Source: Polyangiales bacterium (GTDB taxonomy: Bacteria; Myxococcota_A; Polyangia; Polyangiales; Polyangiaceae). Taken from it: DNA of 64,000 bases. Positions within the stretch are counted from its first letter, which is position 1. Each line of letters begins with the position of its first letter. The position numbers were made by a program, and so were the translations under genes. The stretch covers positions 64,001 through 128,000 of the forward strand of contig JBBRLQ010000015.1 of NCBI GenBank assembly GCA_038231275.1, given 5' to 3'. Below, piece after piece: positions 10,240 through 21,891 of this stretch. Below the pieces are notes generated by a model. The model had not been told where the DNA came from, did no database searches, and saw nothing but the letters and a program-made list of their open reading frames with translations.

Positions 10240-11150
10240 CGGTGGGCGAGTATATCCGCCAGGGCGTCACTCACGTGCTCGAACGAGAAGCGGAAGCCGG
10301 CGGCGAGGAGCGCGGCGGGGATCACGCGTTGGCCGGAGAGCACCACGTCGGCGCGCTCGCCCAGCGCGGCGCGAACGGCGAACGACGGGGCGCGCATCAC
10401 CGACGGCCGGTGCAGCGCCTTGCCGATGCCGGCGGCCATCTCGTTCATGCTGACCGCGTTCGGCGCGACGACGTTGAACGGGCCGTCGAGCGTCGCGGTG
10501 TCGCACGCGAAGAGGAGCGCGCGGACGGCGTCGGAGAGGTGGATCCAGCTCATGATCTGCTTGCCGCTTCCGATCGGCCCGCCGACGAACGCGCGGAACG
10601 GCGGCAGCATCTTCTCGAGCGCGCCGCCGGGGCCGAGGACGATGCCGATCCGCGCGAGGGGCACGCGCGCTCCCGCTTCCTTCGCCGGGCTCGTGGCGGC
10701 CTCCCAGGACTCGCAGAGCTTCGCGAGCACGTCGGTGCCGTGCGCGCCGCCCTCGGTGAAGCGCAGATCCTCCGTCTGCATCCCGTAGATGCCGATCGCC
10801 GACGCGCTCACGTACACCGGCTTGCGACCGGCCTGGTGCGCGCGCGCGACCGCCTCGGAGACGAGCCGCGTGGAGACGACGCGGCTGTCCACGAGCACCT
10901 TCATGCGGGCGGGCGTCCACTTCTCGTCCATCACGCCAGCGCCGGCCAGGCCGAAGACCGCGTCGGCCTCTTCGACGTACCGCTGCCAGTTGCCGGGCAC
11001 CCCGGGATCCCACGGAACCGCGTGGATCGCGGGCTCGAGCTCGCGCGCGACCCCTCGCGTGAGGATCGTCACGTCATCCCCGCGCGCGGCGAGCGCCGCA
11101 CAAAGCGCGCTCCCGACGAACCCCGTACCACCGGTGACGACCGCCTTCAT
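10236..11150 (-). CDS. TIGR01777/YfcH-family NAD-dependent epimerase-like oxidoreductase
   Basis: MKAVVTGGTGFVG, SASAIGIYG, GGPIGSGKQIMSWIH. Confidence 0.88.
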   Translation of the reverse strand: MKAVVTGGTGFVGSALCAALAARGDDVTILTRGVARELEPAIHAVPWDPGVPGNWQRYVEEADAVFGLAGAGVMDEKWTPARMKVLVDSRVVSTRLVSEAVARAHQAGRKPVYVSASAIGIYGMQTEDLRFTEGGAHGTDVLAKLCESWEAATSPAKEAGARVPLARIGIVLGPGGALEKMLPPFRAFVGGPIGSGKQIMSWIHLSDAVRALLFACDTATLDGPFNVVAPNAVSMNEMAAGIGKALHRPSVMRAPSFAVRAALGERADVVLSGQRVIPAALLAAGFRFSFEHVSDALADILAHR

Positions 11151-11204
11151 TTCCTCATAGTGCCGATTTGGCGGTCTTTTGGGAAATGCGGATACGATGG
11201 CGGC

Positions 11205-12239
11205 ATGTGGCTCCGTGTTCGTCGCTCGCAGGCCCTGGCGGTCGCCGCCGCGCTCCTCGTCTCCCTCGCGGCGGCGTGCCAGCCCGCGACGGTCGCCGAG
11301 GCGGAGGCCAAGGGGGACATCTCGTGGCTCGACACCAACGGCTCGGCGGAGGCGATCTCGGCGTTGGGGCGCCTCAGCGACAAGAGCCCGCGCGCGCTCG
11401 ACGTCCTGAAGAAGCGCGCGAGCTTCGACACCAACGCGTACATCGCGGCGTGGGTCGCGGCGAAGCGGAGCCAGCCGTGGGGCTCCGAGGTGCTGCGCGA
11501 CGGCCTCACCAACCCCAACCGCGCGGAGGCTGCGGCGTCGGCGATGACACGGAAGGACGCGCTCCTCGCGACGTTCGTTCCGGACATCGAGGGGGCGATG
11601 TCGCGTCTGTCGGCGGGGGCGTCGGGCGGATCGCTCGGCGCGCTCCTCGCTAGCATCGGACCGCCCGCGCACGCGGCGATCGAGAGGCGCCTGAAGGACG
11701 GCGCGTCGCGCGGCGCAATGTGCTCCGGCATCGCCGCCCCCGACACCAGCGCCGACGCGCGCGCCGTGCTGCTCGCCGTCCCCACCGAGTCGCGCGACCA
11801 CATGCTCTGCGTGAACGCCGTCGTCACGATGGCCGCCACCGACGACGCCACGATCACCTGGCTCGCCGGCACCGCCGAGCCGGGCCTCCTCTCCTCGGTC
11901 GCGAAGGCCTCGAACGTCCCGTGCGCGCGGATCCACACGCTGTGGACCAAGGCGCTCGCGGGCCGCACCGCGCAGATTTATTCGGGGCTCACCGTCCCCA
12001 TCGCGCTTTCCATCAAGCGATGCCCCGAGATCATGGATGGCGTCCTCAGCGACGCGCTCCAGCACATCCCCGGAGTTCGCGCGACGATCGTCCAGGCGAT
12101 CGATCCGTATGGCGGCGAGACCGGTCAGCTCAAGGAGACGTGCAAGATCCTCGCGACGATCGCCAACGGAGGAGACTCGGGGATCGTCCGCGAGCGGGCG
12201 CTCGATCAGGTCCAGCACGGCTGCAGGAACAAGCAGTAG
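11205..12239 (+). CDS. Hypothetical helical lipoprotein
   Basis: Lipobox AAAC; HEAT-like helices with spaced Cys. Confidence 0.65.
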   Translation: MWLRVRRSQALAVAAALLVSLAAACQPATVAEAEAKGDISWLDTNGSAEAISALGRLSDKSPRALDVLKKRASFDTNAYIAAWVAAKRSQPWGSEVLRDGLTNPNRAEAAASAMTRKDALLATFVPDIEGAMSRLSAGASGGSLGALLASIGPPAHAAIERRLKDGASRGAMCSGIAAPDTSADARAVLLAVPTESRDHMLCVNAVVTMAATDDATITWLAGTAEPGLLSSVAKASNVPCARIHTLWTKALAGRTAQIYSGLTVPIALSIKRCPEIMDGVLSDALQHIPGVRATIVQAIDPYGGETGQLKETCKILATIANGGDSGIVRERALDQVQHGCRNKQ

Positions 12240-12243
12240 ACGC

Positions 12244-13812
<1,569 letters not shown>

Positions 13813-13815
13813 CGC

Positions 13816-14913
13816 TCAGGCCTTTTTCTGGAAGAGCTCGCGCTCGCCGAGGAGTCCCTCGGGCCGCAGCGCCATGAGGACGATCAGGACCGCCGCGTAG
13901 ATGATCATGCGGAGGGCGTTGAGATCGAGCGACTCGAACTCGCGCTTCAGCGCCTGCACCGCGCTAGTGCTCTGTGCGAGCTCGATCACCTTGACGCTGA
14001 AGGTGACGAAGATGCCGCCGATCGCGGCGCCGGTGACGCTCCCGGAGCCGCCGAGGATGACCATCGTGATCGCGTCGAACGATGCCTGGAACGCGAAGCT
14101 GTCCGGCTGCACGATCGGCGTGCCGTCGCGCATGATCGCCATCAGACCGCCCGCGAGCCCCGCGCCCACCGCCGCGATGACGAACGACGTCACCTTGTAG
14201 CGCGTGGGATCGACGCCCACCGACGCGGCCGCGATCTCGTCTTCACGAAGCGCACGCAGCGCGCGGCCCCACCCGCTGAATTTGATGCGCCAGGCGACGA
14301 CGCCGAGCAGCGCCGCGAGGCCGAACACCCAGAAGGGACCGGCGTAGAGCGGAATGCCGGCGTTCCTCGGCCCTGCGTAGCCGTTCTGCCCGCCGAGCTT
14401 GGAGAGGAGGACCGCGAGGCCGTGAAAGAAGCCTCCGCCGGCGTCGCCGCCCGTCGGGCTCTGCGTCTGGATTTGCGCGGTGGTGACGACGAGGCGCACG
14501 ATCTCCGCGAAGCCGAGCGTCACGATCGCGAGGTAGTCGCCTTTGAGGCGGAGGCTCGGCAGGCCGACGACGAATCCGAAGAGACCGCTCACCGCAGCCG
14601 CCGACACGAGCGCGGCGGGGACCACGATGAACGAGCGCGCGAAGGTGATCTCGCCGCCGCCGAGCGCCTCGTGGAGGTTGGCGGTTACCAGCGCGCTGGC
14701 GTAGGCGCCGAGCGCGAGGAAGCCCGCGTGGCCGATCGAGAACTGCCCCGCCATGCCGTTGATCACGTTGAGCGAGAGCGCCACGAGGACGTTCACCGCC
14801 GCGAGCATCAGGAGCTGCCGGATGGAGCTGTCGGTGATCGCTCGCTCCAGCCCGAAGTCGAGCGCCAGCACGACGACGAGCACGACGAGGCCGATGAGGA
14901 TCCCGCGACGCAC
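13816..14913 (-). CDS. livM: Branched-chain amino acid ABC transporter permease LivM
   Basis: [53 protein letters not shown]. Confidence 0.9.
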   Translation of the reverse strand: MRRGILIGLVVLVVVLALDFGLERAITDSSIRQLLMLAAVNVLVALSLNVINGMAGQFSIGHAGFLALGAYASALVTANLHEALGGGEITFARSFIVVPAALVSAAAVSGLFGFVVGLPSLRLKGDYLAIVTLGFAEIVRLVVTTAQIQTQSPTGGDAGGGFFHGLAVLLSKLGGQNGYAGPRNAGIPLYAGPFWVFGLAALLGVVAWRIKFSGWGRALRALREDEIAAASVGVDPTRYKVTSFVIAAVGAGLAGGLMAIMRDGTPIVQPDSFAFQASFDAITMVILGGSGSVTGAAIGGIFVTFSVKVIELAQSTSAVQALKREFESLDLNALRMIIYAAVLIVLMALRPEGLLGERELFQKKA

Positions 14914-14931
14914 GAGCGCCCTTTTTTTACC

Positions 14932-15639
14932 CTACTTCACGACGCGCAGGTACGGCGGGAGCTCGCGCTTCTTGGACGGGCTCTTCTTGGCGGCGGGAGG
15001 CGGCGCGCGGTGATGATGGTTCGGCGCCGGCGCGGGGACCGGACGGGCGACCGGCTGGGGCCCGCGAGGCGAGCTCGGCTCCGCAGACGGCACCGCGACG
15101 AGCTGCGGCCGCGCGTCGGGCACCGCCTCGGGCGCGCCGCGCTTCTTCTTCGTCTTCTTCGCGCCTTTGTCCAAGGAGTGCTTGTCGGTCTTCGCATCGG
15201 CGACGCGGCGAGCGCCCCCCCTGCCCCCCTTCTTGGAGGAAGACGGCTCGGGAACCGCCGTGGGCCCATCGGCTTTGCTGCGTGAGGGCACCGCCTCCGG
15301 GCCCCGCGGCTGCTTGGCGATCTCGGGAGGGACCTCGTCCGGCCAGACCATCCCGCGACCGTCATCCCCCACCATCGCGAAGACGGAGAGCCACGGCACG
15401 ACGCAGTAGAACGGCGACCGGTTGAAGCTGAGCGTGCACGCCAGGCCCTCTTCGTCGAGGCGAAGGTCGGGGATCGGCACCGGCATGTTGAGGCCGATTT
15501 GGAGGACCAACTGCGGCTGCCGCTTGAACCAGGGCGGAACGACGACGCCTGCCCCCCGCGGATCCAGATGAACGTGAACGCTGCTCCGCTCGAGCAGCGC
15601 GAGCGCGACATCCTTCTTGGGCGGGAGCGGGTGCGACAT
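14932..15639 (-). CDS. SspB-like ClpXP adaptor family protein
   Basis: LVLQIGLNMPVPIPDL...TLSFNRSPFYCVVPW; disordered linker; C-terminal PPYLRVVK resembles the SspB ClpX-binding tail. Confidence 0.75.
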   Translation of the reverse strand: MSHPLPPKKDVALALLERSSVHVHLDPRGAGVVVPPWFKRQPQLVLQIGLNMPVPIPDLRLDEEGLACTLSFNRSPFYCVVPWLSVFAMVGDDGRGMVWPDEVPPEIAKQPRGPEAVPSRSKADGPTAVPEPSSSKKGGRGGARRVADAKTDKHSLDKGAKKTKKKRGAPEAVPDARPQLVAVPSAEPSSPRGPQPVARPVPAPAPNHHHRAPPPAAKKSPSKKRELPPYLRVVK

Positions 15640-15704
15640 CTGGTGGTGGAAGGATAGCCTGCGCGCGCGGGGCGTGACGTACAAAGCCATGGTACACCGC
15701 CCGC

Positions 15705-16313
15705 GTGGCGGTTCGCACCTTCCTCGAGACCCCGCCGGTCCCGTGCAGGGTGCCCGAATCGGTGTTCGACGCGTTCGGATGGTGCGACAGCGATCGGCTC
15801 GAGTGGCGGCGTCCTGGCGACCTACTGGACGTGACAGCCCCACTGGACGGTTCGAACCCTGCGCGAATGGTCTTCGTCCTCCGCGAGCCGCGCGCGTTCT
15901 TGCCGATGGAGCTCGCGTGCCTCCACGCCTTCGGGCTGGGGCTCGTCGAAGAAATGGCCCTCGCGCCGTACGGAATCGACGACGCGACCGACGGCCTGTA
16001 CGAGTACCGCGTTCGTCCGGGCGATGCGATGTGGCTCGCCGCCGACAACCTCAACGCGCTGGTGTGGGGGCTCCACGACTGGGCGCATTTCCACAACCAC
16101 GGCCCGTTCGAGGCGCGCGCGTGGACCGAGCTTCAATGCGACGGCACAGCGCTCGCCTGGCTGAGGCGAAACGCCGGTGCGATCGGACTCGACGACGCGA
16201 CGCTTGCTCGAATCGAGGGCGAGCTCGTCCTGCTCTCGCTCGCGCGGTTCGCGGCGGAAGGCGTGGATGCGCGCGAGGTCGCGGCGACGTTGGCGGCGCT
16301 CGGTCGCTCCTGA
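15705..16313 (+). CDS. Hypothetical protein with HDxxHxxxH motif
   Basis: Best-coded frame; LHDWAHFHNHG motif followed by ELQCD. Confidence 0.55.
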   Translation: MAVRTFLETPPVPCRVPESVFDAFGWCDSDRLEWRRPGDLLDVTAPLDGSNPARMVFVLREPRAFLPMELACLHAFGLGLVEEMALAPYGIDDATDGLYEYRVRPGDAMWLAADNLNALVWGLHDWAHFHNHGPFEARAWTELQCDGTALAWLRRNAGAIGLDDATLARIEGELVLLSLARFAAEGVDAREVAATLAALGRS

Positions 16314-17048
16314 TCAGGCGGCCGCGGGCTCGGTCCAGAACGGCGTGGGGACGCTCCCCTGGATGCGCCCCGTGACCTCGCGAACGCCGCGCCAGAAGAG
16401 CCCCTCGATGGGCCCGAACTTCACGAGCCCTTTTTCGCGTACGTAGTCCATGTTCGCGCGGCTGTTCGCGGCGAAGGCGCGTCCCTCGATCTCACGAAGG
16501 CGCGCGAGCTCGCGCACGAGCGTCGCCTCGTCGGGCGCGTAGCGACGCGAGATCGCCCGGCAGTACTTGAGGTGACGGGCCTCGTCCTTCGCGATCTGCT
16601 CGACGATCTCCGCGGTCTTCGGATCGACCTTGCGGTACGCGCGGACGTGGAGCCCGAACTGCGTCGACGCGCGCTCCTCGATCACTTGCAAGAGCAGGTA
16701 CGCGCGCATCACGTCCTCGCGCGATTTCATCGGCTGGTCCATGACGCCGCCGAGGAGATCGTCGATGCGCTTCAGGAGCTTCAAGTGCTCGGGCACCTTC
16801 GGCGCGGGCACGCCGGTCCGCGCGAGGCACGCCATGAAGAGCTCTGCGTGGCGAAGCTCGTCCTCCTGGTGACGCTTCACGAGCTTCGCGAGATCGTCGT
16901 CCTCCACCCACGTGAGCAGGCGATCGAAGAGCGCGCCCTCGTCGCTCGCCTCGGCGTCGGCGCACGTCGCGAGGACATGCGCGCGCCCCTCGGGCGACGA
17001 GACGAGGCGTTCGAAGTACGCGAGGGTCAGGGTCTCTTGGAGGCTCAT
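16314..17048 (-). CDS. Ferritin-like di-iron domain protein
   Basis: Two ExxH motifs (DELRH, DEARH), each with an upstream Glu-bearing helix. Confidence 0.75.
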   Translation of the reverse strand: MSLQETLTLAYFERLVSSPEGRAHVLATCADAEASDEGALFDRLLTWVEDDDLAKLVKRHQEDELRHAELFMACLARTGVPAPKVPEHLKLLKRIDDLLGGVMDQPMKSREDVMRAYLLLQVIEERASTQFGLHVRAYRKVDPKTAEIVEQIAKDEARHLKYCRAISRRYAPDEATLVRELARLREIEGRAFAANSRANMDYVREKGLVKFGPIEGLFWRGVREVTGRIQGSVPTPFWTEPAAA

Positions 17049-17060
17049 GCGAGAACAATA

Positions 17061-17083
17061 TGACCAAATTGGTATTTTGGTCA
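17061..17083. promoter_or_regulatory. Palindromic operator upstream of the ferritin-like gene
   Basis: TGACCAAA-N7-TTTGGTCA perfect inverted repeat in an AT-rich intergenic region, abutting a TATTGT -10 box on the minus strand. Confidence 0.6.
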
Positions 17084-17131
17084 ATCGGTCACATGCGGTT
17101 TAGTTGTAAGTGCTTGTTTGTATTGCGCCCG

Positions 17132-17890
17132 CTAGCTCGTGGCGCGCGCGAGGCGGTCGAACAACCAGGCGGGCATGTAGCGCGAGAGGCCCGTGAGGAA
17201 CGCGAGAGGAAGCGGGAACGCGATCATCGCGGGCCCCGATTCGAGTCGGTTCGCGATGACGCGCGCGGCCTTTTCGGCGCTCCACTCGAACGGACGCGCG
17301 TGCGTCGAGCCCTTCGACATCTCCGTCGCGACGAAGCCGGGTTGGACGTCGGTCACGCGGATGCCGGCCTCGTGGAGATCGAGGCGCAACGTCTCGAGGA
17401 ACGTGGAGACCGCGGCCTTGCTCGCCGCATACGGCCCAGAGTTGGGCAAGCCACGACGGCCGGCGAGGCTCGTCACGCCGACGAGGTGCCCGCCCTGGTG
17501 CGCGAGGAAGATCGGGATCGCGGCCATGAGCGTGGCCATCGCGCCGCGCGTGTTCACGTCGAAGACGCGCGAGACCTCGTCCCACTTCAGGGTGCCGGAG
17601 TGGCCGTAGTGACCGACGCCGGCGTTTGCGACGACCATCTCGAGCGCACCGAGGTCGGCGTCGGCCTTCTGCACGGCGGCGCGGATTGCGTCGGGATCCG
17701 CGACGTCGACGGGGAGCACGAGCGCGCGGCCCCCACGGTCTTCGATGATCTTTGCGACCGCGCGGAGCTCCTCTTCGCGACGTGCACAGAGGGCGACGTG
17801 GGCGCCGCGCGTGGCGAGCTCGATCGCGAGCGCGCGGCCGATTCCGCTGGAGGCGCCGGTGACGAGTGCGGTCTTGACGGGCATTTTCAC
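17132..17890 (-). CDS. Short-chain dehydrogenase/reductase
   Basis: TGASSGIG, NAG, YAASK. Confidence 0.92.
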   Translation of the reverse strand: MKMPVKTALVTGASSGIGRALAIELATRGAHVALCARREEELRAVAKIIEDRGGRALVLPVDVADPDAIRAAVQKADADLGALEMVVANAGVGHYGHSGTLKWDEVSRVFDVNTRGAMATLMAAIPIFLAHQGGHLVGVTSLAGRRGLPNSGPYAASKAAVSTFLETLRLDLHEAGIRVTDVQPGFVATEMSKGSTHARPFEWSAEKAARVIANRLESGPAMIAFPLPLAFLTGLSRYMPAWLFDRLARATS

Positions 17891-17940
17891 GCGAGGATTA
17901 GCAAACGGGGCCCGGAACGCTCACACTTTCAACGCGCCTC

Positions 17941-18606
17941 ATGCCCGGACGCCCTCGCCTTCGCCCTAGCTCGCGCCCTCGCGCGCGCCTCGTCTCGCCG
18001 CTCGCCGCCGCGGGCGCGCTCACCTTCTCGATGGCCGCCGCGCCCGGATCCGCGCGCGCCGACGAGACGTTCGGCGTCTCCTTCGCGGTCGCCGAGGAGG
18101 AGAAGCACCCCGTCCAGTCCGATGCGTGGATCGAGGCGCAGCTCGCCTCCGCCGAGAAGCTCTTCGGCCCCCTCGGCGTCCACTTTCGCTGGACGCAGAA
18201 GAAGCCCCTCGCCGCGGAGCACACCCGCCTCGAGAGCCGCCGCGATCGCGACGTGCTGGAGGCCGAGCTGGAGCGCGGCGTCATCAACGTGTTCGTCGTC
18301 GCGTCGCTGCGTGACGTCGACGACCCGAGCCTCTACCGGATGGGCGTGTGCTGGCGGCGCGGCAACGAGGGCAAGCCCTACCTGGTGGTGGCAGCGTCCG
18401 CGAGGCCGACCGTCCTCGCGCACGAGCTCGGGCATTTCTTCGGCAACCCGCACTCGTCCACGCCGAACAACGTCATGAGCTACGTGCGCACCGACGCCGA
18501 GGTCTTCTTCGACGAAGGTCAGATGCGTACGATTCGCGTCTGGGCGAAGCGTCACGTCGCGGACAGGTGGGTCGTCCCGCTCGGCCCCGCGAAGTTCTTC
18601 CCGTGA
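17941..18606 (+). CDS. Secreted metzincin (matrixin-like) metalloprotease
   Basis: Signal peptide ending ARA; HELGHFFGNPH zinc motif; Met-turn VMSY. Confidence 0.75.
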   Translation: MPGRPRLRPSSRPRARLVSPLAAAGALTFSMAAAPGSARADETFGVSFAVAEEEKHPVQSDAWIEAQLASAEKLFGPLGVHFRWTQKKPLAAEHTRLESRRDRDVLEAELERGVINVFVVASLRDVDDPSLYRMGVCWRRGNEGKPYLVVAASARPTVLAHELGHFFGNPHSSTPNNVMSYVRTDAEVFFDEGQMRTIRVWAKRHVADRWVVPLGPAKFFP

Positions 18607-18635
18607 TCCGCGCGGTCTGAGGCGCTAGAGGCGCT

Positions 18636-20258
18636 CTACTTGCACTTCACGAGCGGCGCGAGCGGCGCGAACGTGAAGCCGTCGGCCGGCGTCTGCGTGT
18701 CGGCGTCGGTCATCGCCTTCTCGAGCGCGGCCTTGATCGCCGTGTACGTCTGATCGAATTTGTTCGTCGCGTCGGTCGTGGCGACGCACAAGAACTTCGG
18801 CGTGCCGCAGATGTCGACGGTCTCGCACCCCGGCGTGGCGGGCGCGGCGGGCTCGAGGTCCTTGTCGCCGTAGAGCGCTACGCCGGCGATGACGACGAGC
18901 CGCACTTGCTTGGGCGTCGCAGCGACGACGGCGTCGTACGGCGCGTTCGCGTCCCCGGAGTAGACGACGAGATCGGCGACGTACCCTTCCTTGATCTGGC
19001 CGATGCGATCGTCGAGCGCGAGGACCTTCGCGGCGTTCAGGGTCGCCATCCCCAGTAGATCCTTCGCCTTGAGGCGGTCGCCGAAGTGGCTGTTGTCCCA
19101 CGCGTCGGCGAAGCGCAGCTCGTCGAGCATGTTCTGGCTTCCGCCCATCGACCAGTCCGGCGCGAGCGCGACGACGAGGCCCGCGTCGAGCGCCAGCGGG
19201 ATTTGGGCGGTCTGCTGGTAGAGCGCGACGTTCGACGCCGGCGACCACGTCAGCTTCATGCCCTTCTGCGCCATCGTCGCGAACTCGGTCGCCGTGAACG
19301 CGGTGCCGTGCGTGATCGTGGTCTGCGGCGCGTAGAGGCAATCGGCGGGGCTCGACGAGCTGCCGAGCGTCGCGAACTCGCCGAGCGCCTTCGCGTTGGT
19401 CCCCTCGCCGACGTGGACGAGGAACGCCGTGGTGGTGAGGCTCGAGTAGTTGGTGCAAACGCCGCTGGGGTTGGACGGCGGGAAGAGCGCGCTGGTCTGG
19501 ACCTTGTCGGTCCCGAGGCCGTTCTGCGCCACGTCGATGGAGCGCGCGAGCGAGCCGAAGCACGCTGCGCTGGTGCCGGGCAGGCCGACGATGCTCGTGG
19601 TGCCGGCGATGAGGCCCTTGAGCTCGCCCCACTTGTCCATCTCGCAGCGCAGGCTCCCCGCGGCGTTGCCGTACGGCGTGCTCGCGCACCACGAGGGCTT
19701 TCCCTGCGAGTCGTTCGCGAGGCACTGCTTGACATCGAGCATCGCGGCGTACTTCGCCTCGCTCGTCCACTGCGTGTGATCCTGGTAGGTCGCGGCGGGG
19801 AGCCAGTCGGAGTCGTCGAAGACGTCGTAGAGGATGTGGTTGTGCGTGTCGATCATCCCGGGGGCGATGACGCTGCCCTGGATGAGCGCGGCGCCGGCCG
19901 CCTCGGGCTTCCCCGCGCATGCGCTGCCGGGCTGGACGCACACGATCTTGCCGGCCGCCACGAGGACCTGGCCGTCGATCACGGCGTCGGGCGTGACGAT
20001 CTTGCCGGTGAGGAGCAAGTTGCCGTTGCCGGGCGCGATCGCGTCGGGGGTGCCGCCGTCGGTGCTGCTGCCGTCGGTGCCGGGCGCGCCGTCCCCGTCC
20101 CCGCCGTCGGTGCCCGTCGTCCCGTCGGGATCGGTGCCGCCGTCGCCGCCGCCAGGCGGGATGTCGGCGCTCTTCGCGCCGCTGCATGCGAACAAGAAGA
20201 GGAAGGCGAGGCAGGAGGTGGGAGAGGCGAGTGAGGCGAAACGACCCGGGCGAGACAT
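18636..20258 (-). CDS. Amidohydrolase-family lipoprotein
   Basis: Lipobox LFAC; PGMIDTHNH, VHVGEG, ITHG, LAPDW, GQIKEGYVADLVV. Confidence 0.85.
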   Translation of the reverse strand: MSRPGRFASLASPTSCLAFLFLFACSGAKSADIPPGGGDGGTDPDGTTGTDGGDGDGAPGTDGSSTDGGTPDAIAPGNGNLLLTGKIVTPDAVIDGQVLVAAGKIVCVQPGSACAGKPEAAGAALIQGSVIAPGMIDTHNHILYDVFDDSDWLPAATYQDHTQWTSEAKYAAMLDVKQCLANDSQGKPSWCASTPYGNAAGSLRCEMDKWGELKGLIAGTTSIVGLPGTSAACFGSLARSIDVAQNGLGTDKVQTSALFPPSNPSGVCTNYSSLTTTAFLVHVGEGTNAKALGEFATLGSSSSPADCLYAPQTTITHGTAFTATEFATMAQKGMKLTWSPASNVALYQQTAQIPLALDAGLVVALAPDWSMGGSQNMLDELRFADAWDNSHFGDRLKAKDLLGMATLNAAKVLALDDRIGQIKEGYVADLVVYSGDANAPYDAVVAATPKQVRLVVIAGVALYGDKDLEPAAPATPGCETVDICGTPKFLCVATTDATNKFDQTYTAIKAALEKAMTDADTQTPADGFTFAPLAPLVKCK

Positions 20259-20302
20259 CCGGGGCAGTGAAGCACGAAGTGCGGGCAGGCGCCCGCCGTG
20301 GG

Positions 20303-21739
20303 TCAAAAAGACTTCACGACGAGCTGCGGCAAGGTCACGCACATCTCGTCGGTCGTCTGCTCCCCGAGGAGGACGTCGCCCACTGTCTTGTGCTGCGCGG
20401 AGAGCTCGGACGCCAAGTGCGCGTTGCCCATGGTGTTGTCGTACGTGCAGCGCAGGTGGAGCTTGTCGCCGGGGGCGAGCGGCGGGAGCTGGTCGATCGG
20501 CGCGTCGTACGCATAGAAGCGTTGCCACCCGAAGTCCCAGTGCGGCTCCTGCATCAGGCAGGCCTTGTCGCCGTTCGCGCGCTCCAGATCGACCTTCATG
20601 TCGACGCCGACCAGGTGCATATGCGCCATGATCCCGTAGAGGCGAACGCCTTGCGGGATCGTCTTCGGCACGGTCCACTGCATGGACTCCGTGTGCCCCT
20701 TGTTGTTCGCGGGGATGCGAAACTCGGGGCCGCTCGCCGGATCGTCGGGGCCGGGGAGGAGGCCATCGCCGCCGCTCATCGGGCCCGGGAAATTCCCAAT
20801 GCCTGCAGTGTACAAGTAATACTCGGGCTTCTGATCGACGAACCGGAGTTGGAGCTTCGTCGTGTCTGGCGCAGCCGCAGGGGCGCCGCCGGGGTGGTAG
20901 TGGATCTGCATCACGACGAGCGTGCTCGGCGCGAGGGGGTAGCCGATGTTCGAGGGCAGCTCGACGGGCAGCGCGCCGGGCGCCCACACGGCGACGACGC
21001 CGGCGTCCGTCACGCGCGGGCCGCCCGGGCAATCGTACGTGCCGTCGGCGCCGACGAGAGAGCGGCTCTCCCCTTTGGGGTCGGTGAAGACGACCGCGTG
21101 GTGAACCACCTTCGGGTTGCCCGGCACGACGAAGGTGCCATTCACGTAGCGCGTGGTCGTGAGCTTCGGATCGAGGACGAAGCAGCGGAACTGATCGCGA
21201 TCGCCGCCGGTGACGTACGGCGTCGCGGGGGCGAGCTCCGCGTTGACGCCAGGCAGCGAGCCGCTGCCAAACGAGAGTGGCCCCGGCGCGTCCTTCGGAT
21301 CGCCCTCCGGTGTTCCGTTGTCGACCCACGCGGCGAGCGTCGCGAGCTCCTGCGGTGAGAGGCGCGCGTCGTTTTTCCACCCGAACGGCGGCGTGCACTC
21401 GCTCGTCGTCACGGCGCCCCACGGCGGCATGAGCCCGCGCTGGGTCTGGTCCTTCATCGACCCCGCCATCGGACGCGACTCTTTGAACGTGAAGAGCGAG
21501 AACGGCGCGATACCGCCGCTGCGATGGCAGGTCTGGCAGTGCTTCTGGAGGATGGGCTCGACGTCCTTGTGGAAGGTCGGGCCGATCACGTTCACGTTGC
21601 CGTCGGCGGCGCCGCCGTCGACCGTGTCTCCGGCGTCGGCGGCGAGCTGCGGGCTCGATGCGCCTGAGCACGCCGCGAGGAGCGCAGCGGCCAGCAGCGG
21701 GGAAACGGCGAAGGGGGCGACACGGGCGAGCCACTCCAT
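20303..21739 (-). CDS. Copper type II ascorbate-dependent monooxygenase (PHM/DBH-like) lipoprotein with N-terminal cytochrome c motif
   Basis: Lipobox LAAC; CQTCH; VVHH, QIHY, AHMH, DEMC copper ligands; WDFGWQ. Confidence 0.85.
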   Translation of the reverse strand: MEWLARVAPFAVSPLLAAALLAACSGASSPQLAADAGDTVDGGAADGNVNVIGPTFHKDVEPILQKHCQTCHRSGGIAPFSLFTFKESRPMAGSMKDQTQRGLMPPWGAVTTSECTPPFGWKNDARLSPQELATLAAWVDNGTPEGDPKDAPGPLSFGSGSLPGVNAELAPATPYVTGGDRDQFRCFVLDPKLTTTRYVNGTFVVPGNPKVVHHAVVFTDPKGESRSLVGADGTYDCPGGPRVTDAGVVAVWAPGALPVELPSNIGYPLAPSTLVVMQIHYHPGGAPAAAPDTTKLQLRFVDQKPEYYLYTAGIGNFPGPMSGGDGLLPGPDDPASGPEFRIPANNKGHTESMQWTVPKTIPQGVRLYGIMAHMHLVGVDMKVDLERANGDKACLMQEPHWDFGWQRFYAYDAPIDQLPPLAPGDKLHLRCTYDNTMGNAHLASELSAQHKTVGDVLLGEQTTDEMCVTLPQLVVKSF

Positions 21740-21891
21740 CTTCGAGGACCTCCAGGTGAGGATACCGGTGAGCAGGTCCCGTGCCACTCCCTCGAAGCGA
21801 AAATGTGGGACGCCTCGGAAGGGTGTCGCCGACCGTTCACGCCGCAGCCGCGACCTCCCGCTCACGTCGGGCTCGTTGTAGGTTGGGCGGG

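Noticed and set aside
18636..21734. 1032 aa ORF as one fusion protein (likewise the long ORFs containing fliI, fliJ, fliE, fliA, fliW, flgA and flgJ)
   Set aside because: The N-terminal extensions are off-frame readings of the upstream gene; true starts are at overlaps or signal peptides
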